Below are positions 40,029-49,558 of a stretch of DNA of 64,000 nucleotides, in pieces. The position numbers and the translations under genes are program-made. The notes under the pieces are model-generated. The model did no database searches. It was not told the DNA's origin and saw only the letters and a program-made list of their open reading frames with translations. How positions within the stretch are numbered: position 1 is the first letter of the stretch; every line of letters starts with the position of its first letter. Source of the stretch: Alphaproteobacteria bacterium (lineage in GTDB: Bacteria; Pseudomonadota; Alphaproteobacteria; CALKHQ01); the NCBI GenBank assembly GCA_965227515.1, contig CBDDFZ010000001.1:1792001-1856000 (forward strand), written 5' to 3'.

Positions 40029-42032
40029 ATGGGCTTGGTATCGGGCGCCACCGCGCGCGCCGTTTCCGGCGATGTAACCGCGGACACGTTCCCCAAACTG
40101 ATGCTCGAGAACGCGCGGCGGTTTGCCGCCCGCCCGGCCGCGCGCGAGAAGGATCTGGGCATCTGGCAGACCTGGACCTGGGCCGAGGTGGCCGAAGAGA
40201 CGCGCGCCATGGCGCTGGGGCTGGCGGCGCGCGGGCTGAAACGCGGCGACCGGCTGGGCATCATCGGCGACAACCGCCCGCGCCTCTACTGGTCGATGTG
40301 CGCCGCCCAGATGCTAGGCGCGGTGCCGGTGCCGGTCTACCAGGACGCGGTCGCCGACGAGGTCGGCTATGTGCTGGACCATGCCGAGGTCGCCATCGTG
40401 ATCGCCGAGGACCAGGAGCAGGTCGACAAGCTGATCCAGATGAAGGAGCGCTGCGCCACCCTGCAGAAGGTGGTGGTGGACGATGCGCGCGGCATGCGCA
40501 CCTACGACATTCCGTGGCTGGAGAACCTGGCCGACGTGATCGCCGACGGCCGCAGCCGTGACGCCAGCGAGGCCGGCAGCCTGGACGAGATTATCGCGGC
40601 CGGCCACAGCGACGACACCAGCATCATCCTCTACACCTCCGGCACCACGGGCCGCCCCAAGGGCGTGGTGCTGACCCACCACGCGGTGATGACGACGGCG
40701 CGCAACACGGCGGCGCGCGAGGGGCTGGGACCGAACGAGGACATCCTGGCCTATCTGCCGATGGCCTGGGTGGGCGACCACATCTTCTCGTTCGGGCAGT
40801 GGCTGGTCTGCGGTTTCTGCGTTAATTGCCCGGAGTCGGCCGACACGGTGATGAACGACCTGTGGGAGGTCGGGCCGACCTATTTCTTCGCGCCGCCGCG
40901 CATCTTCGAGAACGTGCTGACAACGGTGACGATCCGGATGGAGGACGCCGGGCGCCTGAAGCACTGGATGTTCGACCGCGGCATGAAGGTCGCGCGGCGG
41001 GTCGGCGCCAAGCGCCTGGACGGCAAGCCAGTCGGCCTGCTGGATCGCATCAGGTACCGGCTGGCGGACCTGTTCGTCATCGGGCCGCTGAAGAACGCGC
41101 TCGGGCTCAGCCGGGTGCGGCTGGCCTATACCGCCGGCGAGGCGATCGGGCCGGAGCTGTTCGCGTTCTACCGCGCGCTCGGCATCAACCTGAAGCAGCT
41201 CTACGGCATGACCGAGGCCAGTGTGTTCGTGACCGTGCAGCCGGACGGCGAGGTGCGCAACGACACGGTCGGCATTCCGGCGCCCGAGGTGGAGCTGAAG
41301 ATCGCCGACAATGGCGAGGTGCTGTTCCGCTCGCCTGGCGTATTCACCGCCTACTTCAAGAACGACGAGGCGACGGCGGAGGCGAAGACGGCGGACGGCT
41401 GGGTGCACACCGGCGACGCCGGCTTCGTCGGCGACGACGGGCACCTGCGCATCATCGACCGGGCGAAGGATGTGGGCAAGCTGTCCGACGGCTCGTTGTT
41501 CGCGCCCAAGTTCCTGGAAAACAAGCTGAAGTTCTATCCGCACATCAAGGAGGCGGTGGCCTTCGGCGACGGCCGCGACCATGCCTGCGCGATCATCAAC
41601 ATCGACCTGGAGGCGGTCGGCAACTGGGCCGAGCGGCGCAGCATCGCCTATGCCAGCTACACCGAGCTTGCCGCCCGGCCCGAAGTGTATGACCTGATCG
41701 CCGATGCCATCGCGCAGGTGAACCGCGACCTGGCCGCCGACCCGCAGACGGCGCGCTCGCAAATCGTGCGCTTCCTGATCCTGCACAAGGAGCTGGACGC
41801 CGACGACGGCGAGCTGACCCGGACCCGCAAGGTGCGCCGCAACGTGGTCAACGACCGCTACGCCCAGTTGATCGACGCGCTCTACAGCGATGCCGCGTCG
41901 TGCCAGGTGGAAGCGCAGGTGACGTTCGAGGATGGCCGCACTGGCACCATCCGCGCCGACTTGGCGATCCGCGACGTGGCCACGGTGGCGGCGGATGCGC
42001 ATGCGGGCGAACCGATGAAGCTGGCGGGGTAG
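40029..42032 (+). CDS. Long-chain fatty acid-CoA ligase (AMP-binding)
   Basis: LYTSGTTGRPKG, YGMTE, HTGDAG and ELTRTRKVRR motifs; RBS GGAGG. Confidence 0.92.
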   Translation: MGLVSGATARAVSGDVTADTFPKLMLENARRFAARPAAREKDLGIWQTWTWAEVAEETRAMALGLAARGLKRGDRLGIIGDNRPRLYWSMCAAQMLGAVPVPVYQDAVADEVGYVLDHAEVAIVIAEDQEQVDKLIQMKERCATLQKVVVDDARGMRTYDIPWLENLADVIADGRSRDASEAGSLDEIIAAGHSDDTSIILYTSGTTGRPKGVVLTHHAVMTTARNTAAREGLGPNEDILAYLPMAWVGDHIFSFGQWLVCGFCVNCPESADTVMNDLWEVGPTYFFAPPRIFENVLTTVTIRMEDAGRLKHWMFDRGMKVARRVGAKRLDGKPVGLLDRIRYRLADLFVIGPLKNALGLSRVRLAYTAGEAIGPELFAFYRALGINLKQLYGMTEASVFVTVQPDGEVRNDTVGIPAPEVELKIADNGEVLFRSPGVFTAYFKNDEATAEAKTADGWVHTGDAGFVGDDGHLRIIDRAKDVGKLSDGSLFAPKFLENKLKFYPHIKEAVAFGDGRDHACAIINIDLEAVGNWAERRSIAYASYTELAARPEVYDLIADAIAQVNRDLAADPQTARSQIVRFLILHKELDADDGELTRTRKVRRNVVNDRYAQLIDALYSDAASCQVEAQVTFEDGRTGTIRADLAIRDVATVAADAHAGEPMKLAG

Positions 42033-42067
42033 CGGCGTGCAGTTGACACTCGCCCCCAACACACAGT

Positions 42068-42160
42068 CGTCATGCCCGCACTTGTTGCGGGCATCCACGT
42101 CTTGTTGGCTGCTGCGCAGCCAACAAGACGTGGATGGTCGGGACAAGCCCGACCATGACG
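42068..42160. repeat. CGTC-tagged REP-like doublet
   Basis: CGTCATGCCCGCACTTGTTGCGGGCATCCACG...CGTGGATGGTCGGGACAAGCCCGACCATGACG. Confidence 0.9.
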
Positions 42161-42190
42161 GAGTTGGTTGGCTGTCAGAGCAGGCAACCC

Positions 42191-43003
42191 ATGCCTGACG
42201 ACGTCCTCCTCGCGGTGGAGAACATCGGCCTGCGCTTCGGCGGCGTGCAGGCGCTGGACGGCGTCAGCTTCGACATTCGCCGAGGCGAGATCCGCGCGAT
42301 CATCGGCCCGAACGGCGCCGGCAAGTCCTCCATGCTCAACGTCATAAACGGCTTCTACCAGCCGCAGCAGGGGCGCATCGTCTTCAAGGGCCGGGAACTG
42401 AAGCGCATGCGCCCGCACCGCGCGGCGTCGGGCGGCATCGCGCGCACGTTCCAGAACATCGCGCTGTTCCGGGGCATGTCGACACTCGACAACATCATGA
42501 CCGGGCGCATCCTGAAGATGCGGCGCGGCATCTTCTGGCAGGCGCTGTACTGGGGCCCCAACCAGCGCGAGGAGATCGAGCACCGCGCCAAGGTCGAGGA
42601 GATCATCGACTTCCTGGAGATCCAGTCGATCCGCAAGACGCCAGTCGGCCGCCTGCCCTATGGCATGCAGAAGCGCGTGGAACTGGGCCGCGCGCTGGCC
42701 GCCGAACCGGAGCTGCTGCTGCTGGACGAACCGATGGCCGGCATGAACGTGGAGGAGAAGGAGGATATGTGCCGCTTCATCCTGGACGTGAACCAGGAGT
42801 TCGGCACCACCATCGCCCTGATCGAGCACGACATGGGCGTGGTCATGGACATCTCCGACCGGGTGGTCGTGCTCGACTACGGCCGCAAGCTCGCCGACGG
42901 CACGCCCGACGTGGTCCGTGCCGACCAGGCGGTGATCGACGCCTATCTCGGCGTCACCCACGCGGCTGACGATGAGACGCCTGATGACGCAGCGGCTGCC
43001 TGA
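42191..43003 (+). CDS. Liv-type ABC transporter ATP-binding protein (LivG-like)
   Basis: GPNGAGKS, ARTFQN, LLLDEP and IEHDM motifs. Confidence 0.92.
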   Translation: MPDDVLLAVENIGLRFGGVQALDGVSFDIRRGEIRAIIGPNGAGKSSMLNVINGFYQPQQGRIVFKGRELKRMRPHRAASGGIARTFQNIALFRGMSTLDNIMTGRILKMRRGIFWQALYWGPNQREEIEHRAKVEEIIDFLEIQSIRKTPVGRLPYGMQKRVELGRALAAEPELLLLDEPMAGMNVEEKEDMCRFILDVNQEFGTTIALIEHDMGVVMDISDRVVVLDYGRKLADGTPDVVRADQAVIDAYLGVTHAADDETPDDAAAA

Positions 43004-43020
43004 GATGGGGGAGGGCCGGC

Positions 43021-44016
43021 ATGGACGGTGAGGGCACCTCCTTCTTCGGCGGCGTGCTGGACTTCCTGGCCGGGCTGACCGTCGACCCGGTGGTCGAGAT
43101 GGTCGACAGCCCGGAGAAGCTGATCCAGATGGTGGTGCAGGGCACCAGCGCCGGCGTGATGTATGCTCTGATCGCGCTGGGCTTCGTGCTGATCTTCAAG
43201 GCGTCCGGCGTGTTCAACTTCGCCCAGGGCATCATGGTGGTGTTCGCCGGGCTGACGGTGATCGCGTTGATCGAGGTCGGCGTGCCCGCCCTGCTGGCGG
43301 TGCTGGCCGCCATCGGCGTGATGGTGGTGCTGGCCGGCGTGGTGGAGCGGGTGGTGCTGCGCCCGCTGGTTAACCAGCCCGGCATCATCCTGTTCATGGC
43401 GACCATCGGGCTCGCCTTCTTCCTGGAGGGCTTCGGCCAGACCCTGTTCGGCGCCGACCCGAAGCCGGTACCCGACGAGCTGATGATCCCGGACGGCCGC
43501 TTCCGCCTGTTCGGGGAAGTGTTCGACAAGCCGGTGCGCATCTACCACACCGACCTGACCGCGATGGCCGGCGGCGCGCTGCTGGTGGCGGCCATCATCG
43601 TGTTCCTGAATTACACCCGCATGGGCCGCGCCCTGCGTGCGGTGGCCGACGACAACCAGGCGGCGATGTCGGTCGGCATTCCGCTGCCGGTGATCTGGGT
43701 GGTGGTGTGGTCGCTCTCTGGCCTGGTCGCGATCTTCGCCGGCCTTATGTGGGGGGCGCAGGCGCAGGCCGGCTTCTCGCTGGCGGTGCTGGCGCTGAAG
43801 GCGCTGCCGGTGCTGATCCTGGGCGGCTTCACCTCGGTGCCAGGCGCCATCGTCGGCGGCATCATCATCGGCGTCGGCGAGAAGCTGGGCGAGTTCTACT
43901 GGTCCGACACCCTGGGCGACGGCATCGAGCAATGGCTCGGCTACATCATCGCGCTGATCGTGCTGCTGTTCCGCCCGCAGGGCCTGTTCGGCGAAAAGAT
44001 CATCGAGCGGGTGTGA
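43021..44016 (+). CDS. Liv-type ABC permease (LivH-like)
   Basis: YALIALGFVLIFKASGVFNFAQG and RPQGLFG motifs. Confidence 0.92.
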   Translation: MDGEGTSFFGGVLDFLAGLTVDPVVEMVDSPEKLIQMVVQGTSAGVMYALIALGFVLIFKASGVFNFAQGIMVVFAGLTVIALIEVGVPALLAVLAAIGVMVVLAGVVERVVLRPLVNQPGIILFMATIGLAFFLEGFGQTLFGADPKPVPDELMIPDGRFRLFGEVFDKPVRIYHTDLTAMAGGALLVAAIIVFLNYTRMGRALRAVADDNQAAMSVGIPLPVIWVVVWSLSGLVAIFAGLMWGAQAQAGFSLAVLALKALPVLILGGFTSVPGAIVGGIIIGVGEKLGEFYWSDTLGDGIEQWLGYIIALIVLLFRPQGLFGEKIIERV

Positions 44017-44045
44017 TGATGCGGCGCCCCATCTCTACCAAACAT

Positions 44046-44224
44046 TGTCGCCCTCGCCCTTGTGGCGAGGGCCCATCGATGTGCAACACGCCATGCGTGG
44101 ACATGCAAGGCCCATCTGGGGGCGGCCAGCTAGGCGCAACGACGGCCATTGACGGACGAGCATCTTGGGGCGTCAACCTGATCCGGCACACGCATGGGTC
44201 CTCGCCACAAGGGCGAGGACGACG
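44046..44224. repeat. TGTC/CGTC-tagged REP-like doublet with long spacer
   Basis: TGTC-GCCCTCGCC-CTTGT-GGCGAGGGC-CCAT ... ATGG-GTCCTCGCC-ACAAG-GGCGAGGAC-GACG. Confidence 0.85.
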
Positions 44225-44249
44225 ATGCGTATTGGGTGGACCCTGACCC

Positions 44250-45320
44250 ATGTTCTATCGCGAGGCGGGGCAGTTCAAGACCACCTACCGGGAAGACCAG
44301 CAGATCTTCCCGATCCTGCAGGACAAGATCGGCATCGCCATCGTTCTGGTGCTCGCTATCGCGGTGCTGCCGTGGATCGCCAGCGAGTACCTGCTGGAAA
44401 TCGTGCTGATCAACTTCCTGTTCTTCTCGCTGGCGGCGATCGGGCTCAACATCCTCACCGGCTACACCGGCCAGCTCTCGCTCGGAACAGGCGCGTTCAT
44501 GGCTGTGGGCGCGGTCTCCAGCTACAAGCTGGCGGTGATCTTCCCCGATCTCTCGATCATCGTGATCTTCCTGATCGCCGGCGCCATCGCGGCGGTGGTG
44601 GGCGCGATCTTCGGCCTGCCCAGCCTGCGCATCAAGGGCTTCTACCTGGCGGTCGCCACCCTGGCGGCGCAGTTCTTCCTCGACTGGCTGTTCCTGCGGG
44701 TGGACTGGTTCACCAACTCGTCGACCGCGCTGGAGGGCGTGCCGCGCAGCTTGTTCGGTATCACCATCACCGGGCCGTCGGCCGACCCCATCGCCAAGTA
44801 CTATGTGGCGCTGGCGTTCGTGATCGTGTTCGCACTGATCGCCAAGAACCTGGTCAGGAGCCGCATCGGCCGGTCGTGGATGGCGATCCGCGACATGGAT
44901 ATCGCGGCCGAGATCATCGGCATCCGGCCGCTCTATACCAAGATGACCGCGTTCGCGATCTCGTCGTTCTACTGCGGGGTGGCCGGCGGGCTGATGCTGT
45001 TCCTGTTCTACGATTCAGCCGAGCCCGACCTGTTCAACATCAACCTGTCGTTCCAGGTGCTGTTCATGGTCATCATCGGCGGGCTCGGCAGCATCCTGGG
45101 CTCGTTCCTGGGGGCGGCGTTCGTGGTGATGGTGCCGATCCTGCTCACCAACGTGCCCGACATGCTGGGGCTGCCGATCCCCTCCAATGTCGCCAAGCAC
45201 CTGGAGTACATGATCTTCGGCGCGCTGATCATCTTCTTCCTGATCGTCGAGCCGCATGGCCTCGCCCGCCTGTGGGCGATCACCAAGGAAAAGCTCAGGC
45301 GCTGGCCATTCCCGTATTGA
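44250..45320 (+). CDS. Liv-type ABC permease (LivM-like)
   Basis: MFYREAGQFKT, GLNILTGYTGQLSLG and RIKGFYLAVATLA motifs. Confidence 0.92.
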   Translation: MFYREAGQFKTTYREDQQIFPILQDKIGIAIVLVLAIAVLPWIASEYLLEIVLINFLFFSLAAIGLNILTGYTGQLSLGTGAFMAVGAVSSYKLAVIFPDLSIIVIFLIAGAIAAVVGAIFGLPSLRIKGFYLAVATLAAQFFLDWLFLRVDWFTNSSTALEGVPRSLFGITITGPSADPIAKYYVALAFVIVFALIAKNLVRSRIGRSWMAIRDMDIAAEIIGIRPLYTKMTAFAISSFYCGVAGGLMLFLFYDSAEPDLFNINLSFQVLFMVIIGGLGSILGSFLGAAFVVMVPILLTNVPDMLGLPIPSNVAKHLEYMIFGALIIFFLIVEPHGLARLWAITKEKLRRWPFPY

Positions 45321-45396
45321 TTTGCGGGCCGGCTTGCGCTGTATCTGCGCCCCGTCGACCCGATCAGCCCGTCGACCCGATCAGAAGGAATCCCAT

Positions 45397-45840
45397 ATGA
45401 AATGGCCGAAAGCAGCGGGCACGTCATTCGGCTCGCGCCTGGCGTTCGTCAGCGCGGGCATCGGGCTCGTCGGCCTCGCCCTGGTGCTGATCGCGACGTT
45501 CGTGCTGCCGGCGACGGCGGATCGGGCCGAGGCGGCGTGTGCCGCCGCGCGGGCCGAGATCGCCGCCGCGGTCGGCCCCATGGGCAACTATCGTGGCGAC
45601 CACCCCTGCGTTGACGCCGCCCGCGAGGACGCGCCCGATATCTGGGACGTGGAGGGCGTCTACCGCTCCGGCCTCACCCAGGACGTCCAGCCCTCGATCC
45701 CGTTCGCAGCGGTGCTCTATTGGGACGATGACGCCGAGGCGTTCCGGGCCTGCCATGTCGACTACTGGCCCGGCGGCGAGGAAACCGGAGAGCCGGAAAT
45801 GATAGTGCCGGATGCGCCGCCCGCCGGGTGCCCTGCTTAA
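45397..45840 (+). CDS. Hypothetical membrane-anchored protein with four Cys
   Basis: RBS AAGGA; single N-terminal TM segment; lies between permease and binding-protein genes. Confidence 0.6.
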   Translation: MKWPKAAGTSFGSRLAFVSAGIGLVGLALVLIATFVLPATADRAEAACAAARAEIAAAVGPMGNYRGDHPCVDAAREDAPDIWDVEGVYRSGLTQDVQPSIPFAAVLYWDDDAEAFRACHVDYWPGGEETGEPEMIVPDAPPAGCPA

Positions 45841-45923
45841 CCCGGCGCCGCCGCGCAATCGCTCTCCCGCCGCTTCTGCGGACGTGCTAACCTCCCGGCC
45901 AATAACGAACAGGGAGGTTACGC

Positions 45924-47234
45924 ATGACTACCAAAAGCATTGCTCTGGGCCTCACCGCCGCGGCCATTGCCGCCACCGGCATCTCCGCTAGCGCGCAGGC
46001 GCAAGACGGCATCTACATCCCGCTGCTGACCTACCGCACCGGCGCGTTCGCGGACTCAGGCACCCCGATCGCCAACGGCATGCTGGACTATCTGCTGCTG
46101 CTGAACGAGCGCGACGGCGGCATCAACGGCGTGCCGCTGATCATCGAGGAGTGCGAGACCGAGTACGCCACCGACGTCGGCGTGGAGTGCTACGAGCGCA
46201 CCAAGACCAATGGTGCTGTGGTCTACAACCCGTATTCGACCGGCATCACCAACGCCATCATCCCGAAGACCGAGGAAGACCAGATCCCGGTGCTCTCCAT
46301 GGGCTATGGCCTGACCCCGGCGGCCGACGGGCGCGTGTTCCCGTGGGTGTTCAACCTGCCCACCACCTATTGGAGCCAGGCGTCTGCCATCATGCGCTAC
46401 ATCGCCGAGCAAGAGGGCGGTTGGGACCAACTCGACGGCAAGCTGATCGGCCTGATCCACCTGGACCACCCCTATGGCAAGGAGCCGATCCCGACGCTCG
46501 AGGCACTGGCCGCCGAGCACGGCTTCGAGTTCTCGACCTATCCGGTGCCGCCGGCCACCATGCAGGACCAGCGCTCGACCTGGGAGAAGATCGAGGACGA
46601 CGAGCTCGACTGGCTGTTGATGTGGGGCTGGGGCGCCATGAACCCGACCGCCGTCAAGGGCGCGGTCGACGTCGACTTCCCGATGGACCGCTTCATCGGC
46701 GTGTGGTGGTCGGGCAACGAGTCCGACGTGCGCGAGAGCGGCGACGAGGCCACCGGCTATCTGGCGGCCGACTTCCACGGCGTGGGCGATGAGTGGCCGC
46801 TGTTCGATGAGCTGCGCTCCACCGTCGTCGGCACCGACATGTCGCAGACGCCGGAGGACCAGGTCGGCGAGACGCTTTACAACCGTGGCGTCTTCAACTC
46901 GATCATCGTCGCCGAGGCGATCCGCACCGCGATGGCGGAGTACGGCGACGGGCCGATCACCGGCGCGCAGATGCGCTGGGGGCTGGAGAACCTGAACATC
47001 ACCGACGAGCGGCTGGCCGAGCTGGGCCTTGAAGGCTTCACCAACCCGATTTCGGTGACCTGCGAGGACCACGAGGGCAACCACCCGATCTATCTGAAGC
47101 GCTGGACCGGCGAGGGTTGGGAGCGCGCGACCGAGTGGATCGAACCGATGCAGGAGGTGGTGCGCCCGCTGATCGAGGCGGAAGCTGCCGCCCTGGCGGC
47201 CGAGCGCGGCCTCAGCACCGACAATTGCGGGTAG
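45924..47234 (+). CDS. Liv-type ABC substrate-binding protein
   Basis: Signal peptide; YRTGAFA, ERDGGING, ECETEY, GVECYER and SVTCEDHEG motifs. Confidence 0.92.
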   Translation: MTTKSIALGLTAAAIAATGISASAQAQDGIYIPLLTYRTGAFADSGTPIANGMLDYLLLLNERDGGINGVPLIIEECETEYATDVGVECYERTKTNGAVVYNPYSTGITNAIIPKTEEDQIPVLSMGYGLTPAADGRVFPWVFNLPTTYWSQASAIMRYIAEQEGGWDQLDGKLIGLIHLDHPYGKEPIPTLEALAAEHGFEFSTYPVPPATMQDQRSTWEKIEDDELDWLLMWGWGAMNPTAVKGAVDVDFPMDRFIGVWWSGNESDVRESGDEATGYLAADFHGVGDEWPLFDELRSTVVGTDMSQTPEDQVGETLYNRGVFNSIIVAEAIRTAMAEYGDGPITGAQMRWGLENLNITDERLAELGLEGFTNPISVTCEDHEGNHPIYLKRWTGEGWERATEWIEPMQEVVRPLIEAEAAALAAERGLSTDNCG

Positions 47235-47295
47235 GCTAATGGAGAGGGGCGGCGTCATCGCGCGCCGTCCTTCACGCCTCCGGATTTCCCCGGTA

Positions 47296-47384
47296 TCGTC
47301 ATGCGCGGACTTGATCCGCGCATCCACGACTTGGCATCGTTTGATCAAAGACGTGGATGCCCGCAACAAGTGCGGGCATGACGA
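47296..47384. repeat. CGTC-tagged REP-like doublet
   Basis: TCGTCATGCGCGGACTTGATCCGCGCATCCACG...CGTGGATGCCCGCAACAAGTGCGGGCATGACGA. Confidence 0.9.
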
Positions 47385-47401
47385 GGGGTTTGGTTCCTGA
47401 C

Positions 47402-48250
47402 ATGCAGACCGCAGCACAAGACGCTGACCCCGCGCCGGCCGCCGACGCCGCGCCGCTGCTCAGCGTCAACAACATCGAGGTCATCTACGACCACGTCATC
47501 CTGGTGCTGAAGGGCATCTCGCTGGCGGTGCCGCCGAACGGCGTGGTCGCGCTGCTCGGCGCCAACGGGGCGGGCAAGACCACGACCCTGAAGGCGATCT
47601 CCAACCTTCTGAAGGGCGAGCGCGGCGAGGTCACCAAGGGCGAGATCCGTTACGACGGCCAGCGCGTCGACCGGATGACCGCGACCGAACTGGTGCGCCG
47701 GGGCGTGGTGCAGGTGATGGAGGGGCGGCACTGCTTCGAGCACCTGACCATCGAGGACAATCTGCTGACCGGCGCCTACACGCGGCGCGACGGTGGCGCA
47801 GCCACCCGGCGCGACCTGGAGATGGTCTACAGCTATTTCCCGCGGCTGGCGGAACGCCGGCGTTCGCTGGCCGGCTACACCTCCGGCGGCGAGCAGCAGA
47901 TGTGCGCCATCGGCCGCGCGCTGATGAGCCGGCCGCGCCTGATCCTTCTCGACGAGCCGTCGATGGGGCTCGCCCCGCAACTGGTCGAGGAGATCTTCGG
48001 CATCGTGAAGCGGCTGAACGAGGACGAGAACGTGGCCTTCCTACTCGCCGAGCAGAACGCGGTGATCGCGCTGAAATACGCCTCGTACGGCTATGTGCTG
48101 GAGAGCGGGCGGGTGGTGCTGGATGGCGCGGCCGCCGACATCGCCGACAATGAGGACATCAAGGAGTTCTACCTCGGCTTCGGCGCCACCGGCCGGCGCA
48201 GCTATCGCGACGCCAAGCGTTACCGCCGCCGCAAGCGGTGGCTGGCGTGA
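47402..48250 (+). CDS. Liv-type ABC ATP-binding protein (LivF-like)
   Basis: GANGAGKT, SGGEQQM, LDEPSMGLAP and YRRRKRWL C-terminus. Confidence 0.92.
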   Translation: MQTAAQDADPAPAADAAPLLSVNNIEVIYDHVILVLKGISLAVPPNGVVALLGANGAGKTTTLKAISNLLKGERGEVTKGEIRYDGQRVDRMTATELVRRGVVQVMEGRHCFEHLTIEDNLLTGAYTRRDGGAATRRDLEMVYSYFPRLAERRRSLAGYTSGGEQQMCAIGRALMSRPRLILLDEPSMGLAPQLVEEIFGIVKRLNEDENVAFLLAEQNAVIALKYASYGYVLESGRVVLDGAAADIADNEDIKEFYLGFGATGRRSYRDAKRYRRRKRWLA

Positions 48251-49512
48251 GCAGGAAGAAGCGCGCGCACTTCGATGGGCGCGAAACCCGGTCCCGCGAC
48301 AAACGCATTGCCAGCCAGCTCGGCGAGCTGCGGGCGCTGATCCTGCACGCCAAGGCGCGCGCGCCGGCCTGGGACAAGGCGCTGGCCGACATCGACCCGT
48401 CCGAAATCCAGGACATGGATGCGCTGAAGACGCTGCCGGTCACCCGCAAGTCGGCGCTGATGGAGGCCCAGGCGGCGGACAGGCCGTTCGGCGGCTATGC
48501 CGCGCTGGAGGCAGGCCAGCTTGCCCGCATCTTCGCCTCGCCGGGGCCGATCTACGAGCCGCACCCGCATTCCGACGGTGAGGAGCGGGTCGATCACTGG
48601 CGCTTCGGGCGGGCGCTTTATGCCGCCGGCATCCGCGCCGGCGACCTGCTGCACAACAGCTTCGCCTATCACCTGACCCCGGCCGGCGCGATGTTCGAGA
48701 GCGCCGCCCACGCCGTGGGGGCCGCCGTGTTCCCCGCCGGGCCCGGCAACACCGAGGCGCAAGTGCGCGCCATCGGCGACCTGAAGCCGCGCGCGTATGG
48801 CGGCACGCCCGACTTCCTGAAGATCCTGCTCGACACGGCGGCGGAGCTGAGGATCGACGCCTCGTCCATTGCCTGCGCCGCGGTCTCGGGCGCGGCGTTG
48901 CCGGAGAGCCTGCGCGCCGAGCTGAAGGCGCGCGGTGTCGACGTGCTGCAATGCTATGGCACCGCCGATGCCGGCCTCATCGCTTACGAGACGCCGGCAC
49001 TGGAAGGGATGGTCGTCGACGAAGATGTCATCGTGGAGATCGTGCGCCCGGGCACCGGCGACGCGGTGCCGGACGGCGAGGTCGGCGAGGTGGTGGTGAC
49101 GGTGCTGAACCGCGCCTATCCGCTGTTCCGGTTCGCGCTGGGCGACCTGTCGGCGGTGCTGCCGGGCACCAGCCCGTGCGGGCGCACCGGGCCGCGCATC
49201 GTCGGCTGGCGCGGCCGGGCGGACCAGACCGCGAAGGTCAAGGGCATGTTCGTCCACCCGCACCAGGTCGCCGCCGTCGTCGCCCGCCACCCGGAGATCG
49301 CGAAGGCGCGGCTGGTGATCGGCCGCGACGGCGAGACCGACGCGATGACGCTGCATTGCGAGTCCGCCGAAAAAATCCCGGCGGTGCTGGCGGAGGCCAT
49401 TGGCGAGAGCCTGCGCGCGGTGACGAACCTGTCGGGCGCGGTCAAGCGCGAGAAGCCCGGCGCGCTCGCCAACGATGGCAAGGTGATCGACGACACCCGC
49501 CCGGTGGATTAG
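48247..49512 (+). CDS. Phenylacetate-CoA ligase family protein
   Basis: FASPGPIYEP, FAYHLTPAG, YGTAD, GDLS and GRADQTAKVKGMFV motifs; GTGA overlap with the upstream stop. Confidence 0.88.
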   Translation: MSRKKRAHFDGRETRSRDKRIASQLGELRALILHAKARAPAWDKALADIDPSEIQDMDALKTLPVTRKSALMEAQAADRPFGGYAALEAGQLARIFASPGPIYEPHPHSDGEERVDHWRFGRALYAAGIRAGDLLHNSFAYHLTPAGAMFESAAHAVGAAVFPAGPGNTEAQVRAIGDLKPRAYGGTPDFLKILLDTAAELRIDASSIACAAVSGAALPESLRAELKARGVDVLQCYGTADAGLIAYETPALEGMVVDEDVIVEIVRPGTGDAVPDGEVGEVVVTVLNRAYPLFRFALGDLSAVLPGTSPCGRTGPRIVGWRGRADQTAKVKGMFVHPHQVAAVVARHPEIAKARLVIGRDGETDAMTLHCESAEKIPAVLAEAIGESLRAVTNLSGAVKREKPGALANDGKVIDDTRPVD

Positions 49513-49558
49513 GTTTCTGTCGAACAATGAGTGCAATGCGAAGTTGCAGTAATACAAT

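Noticed and set aside
42134-47401. Upstream starts for the two ABC ATPases (42134, 47357)
   Set aside because: These ATGs lie inside REP arms; the downstream ATGs at 42191 and 47402 fit the family N-termini better.
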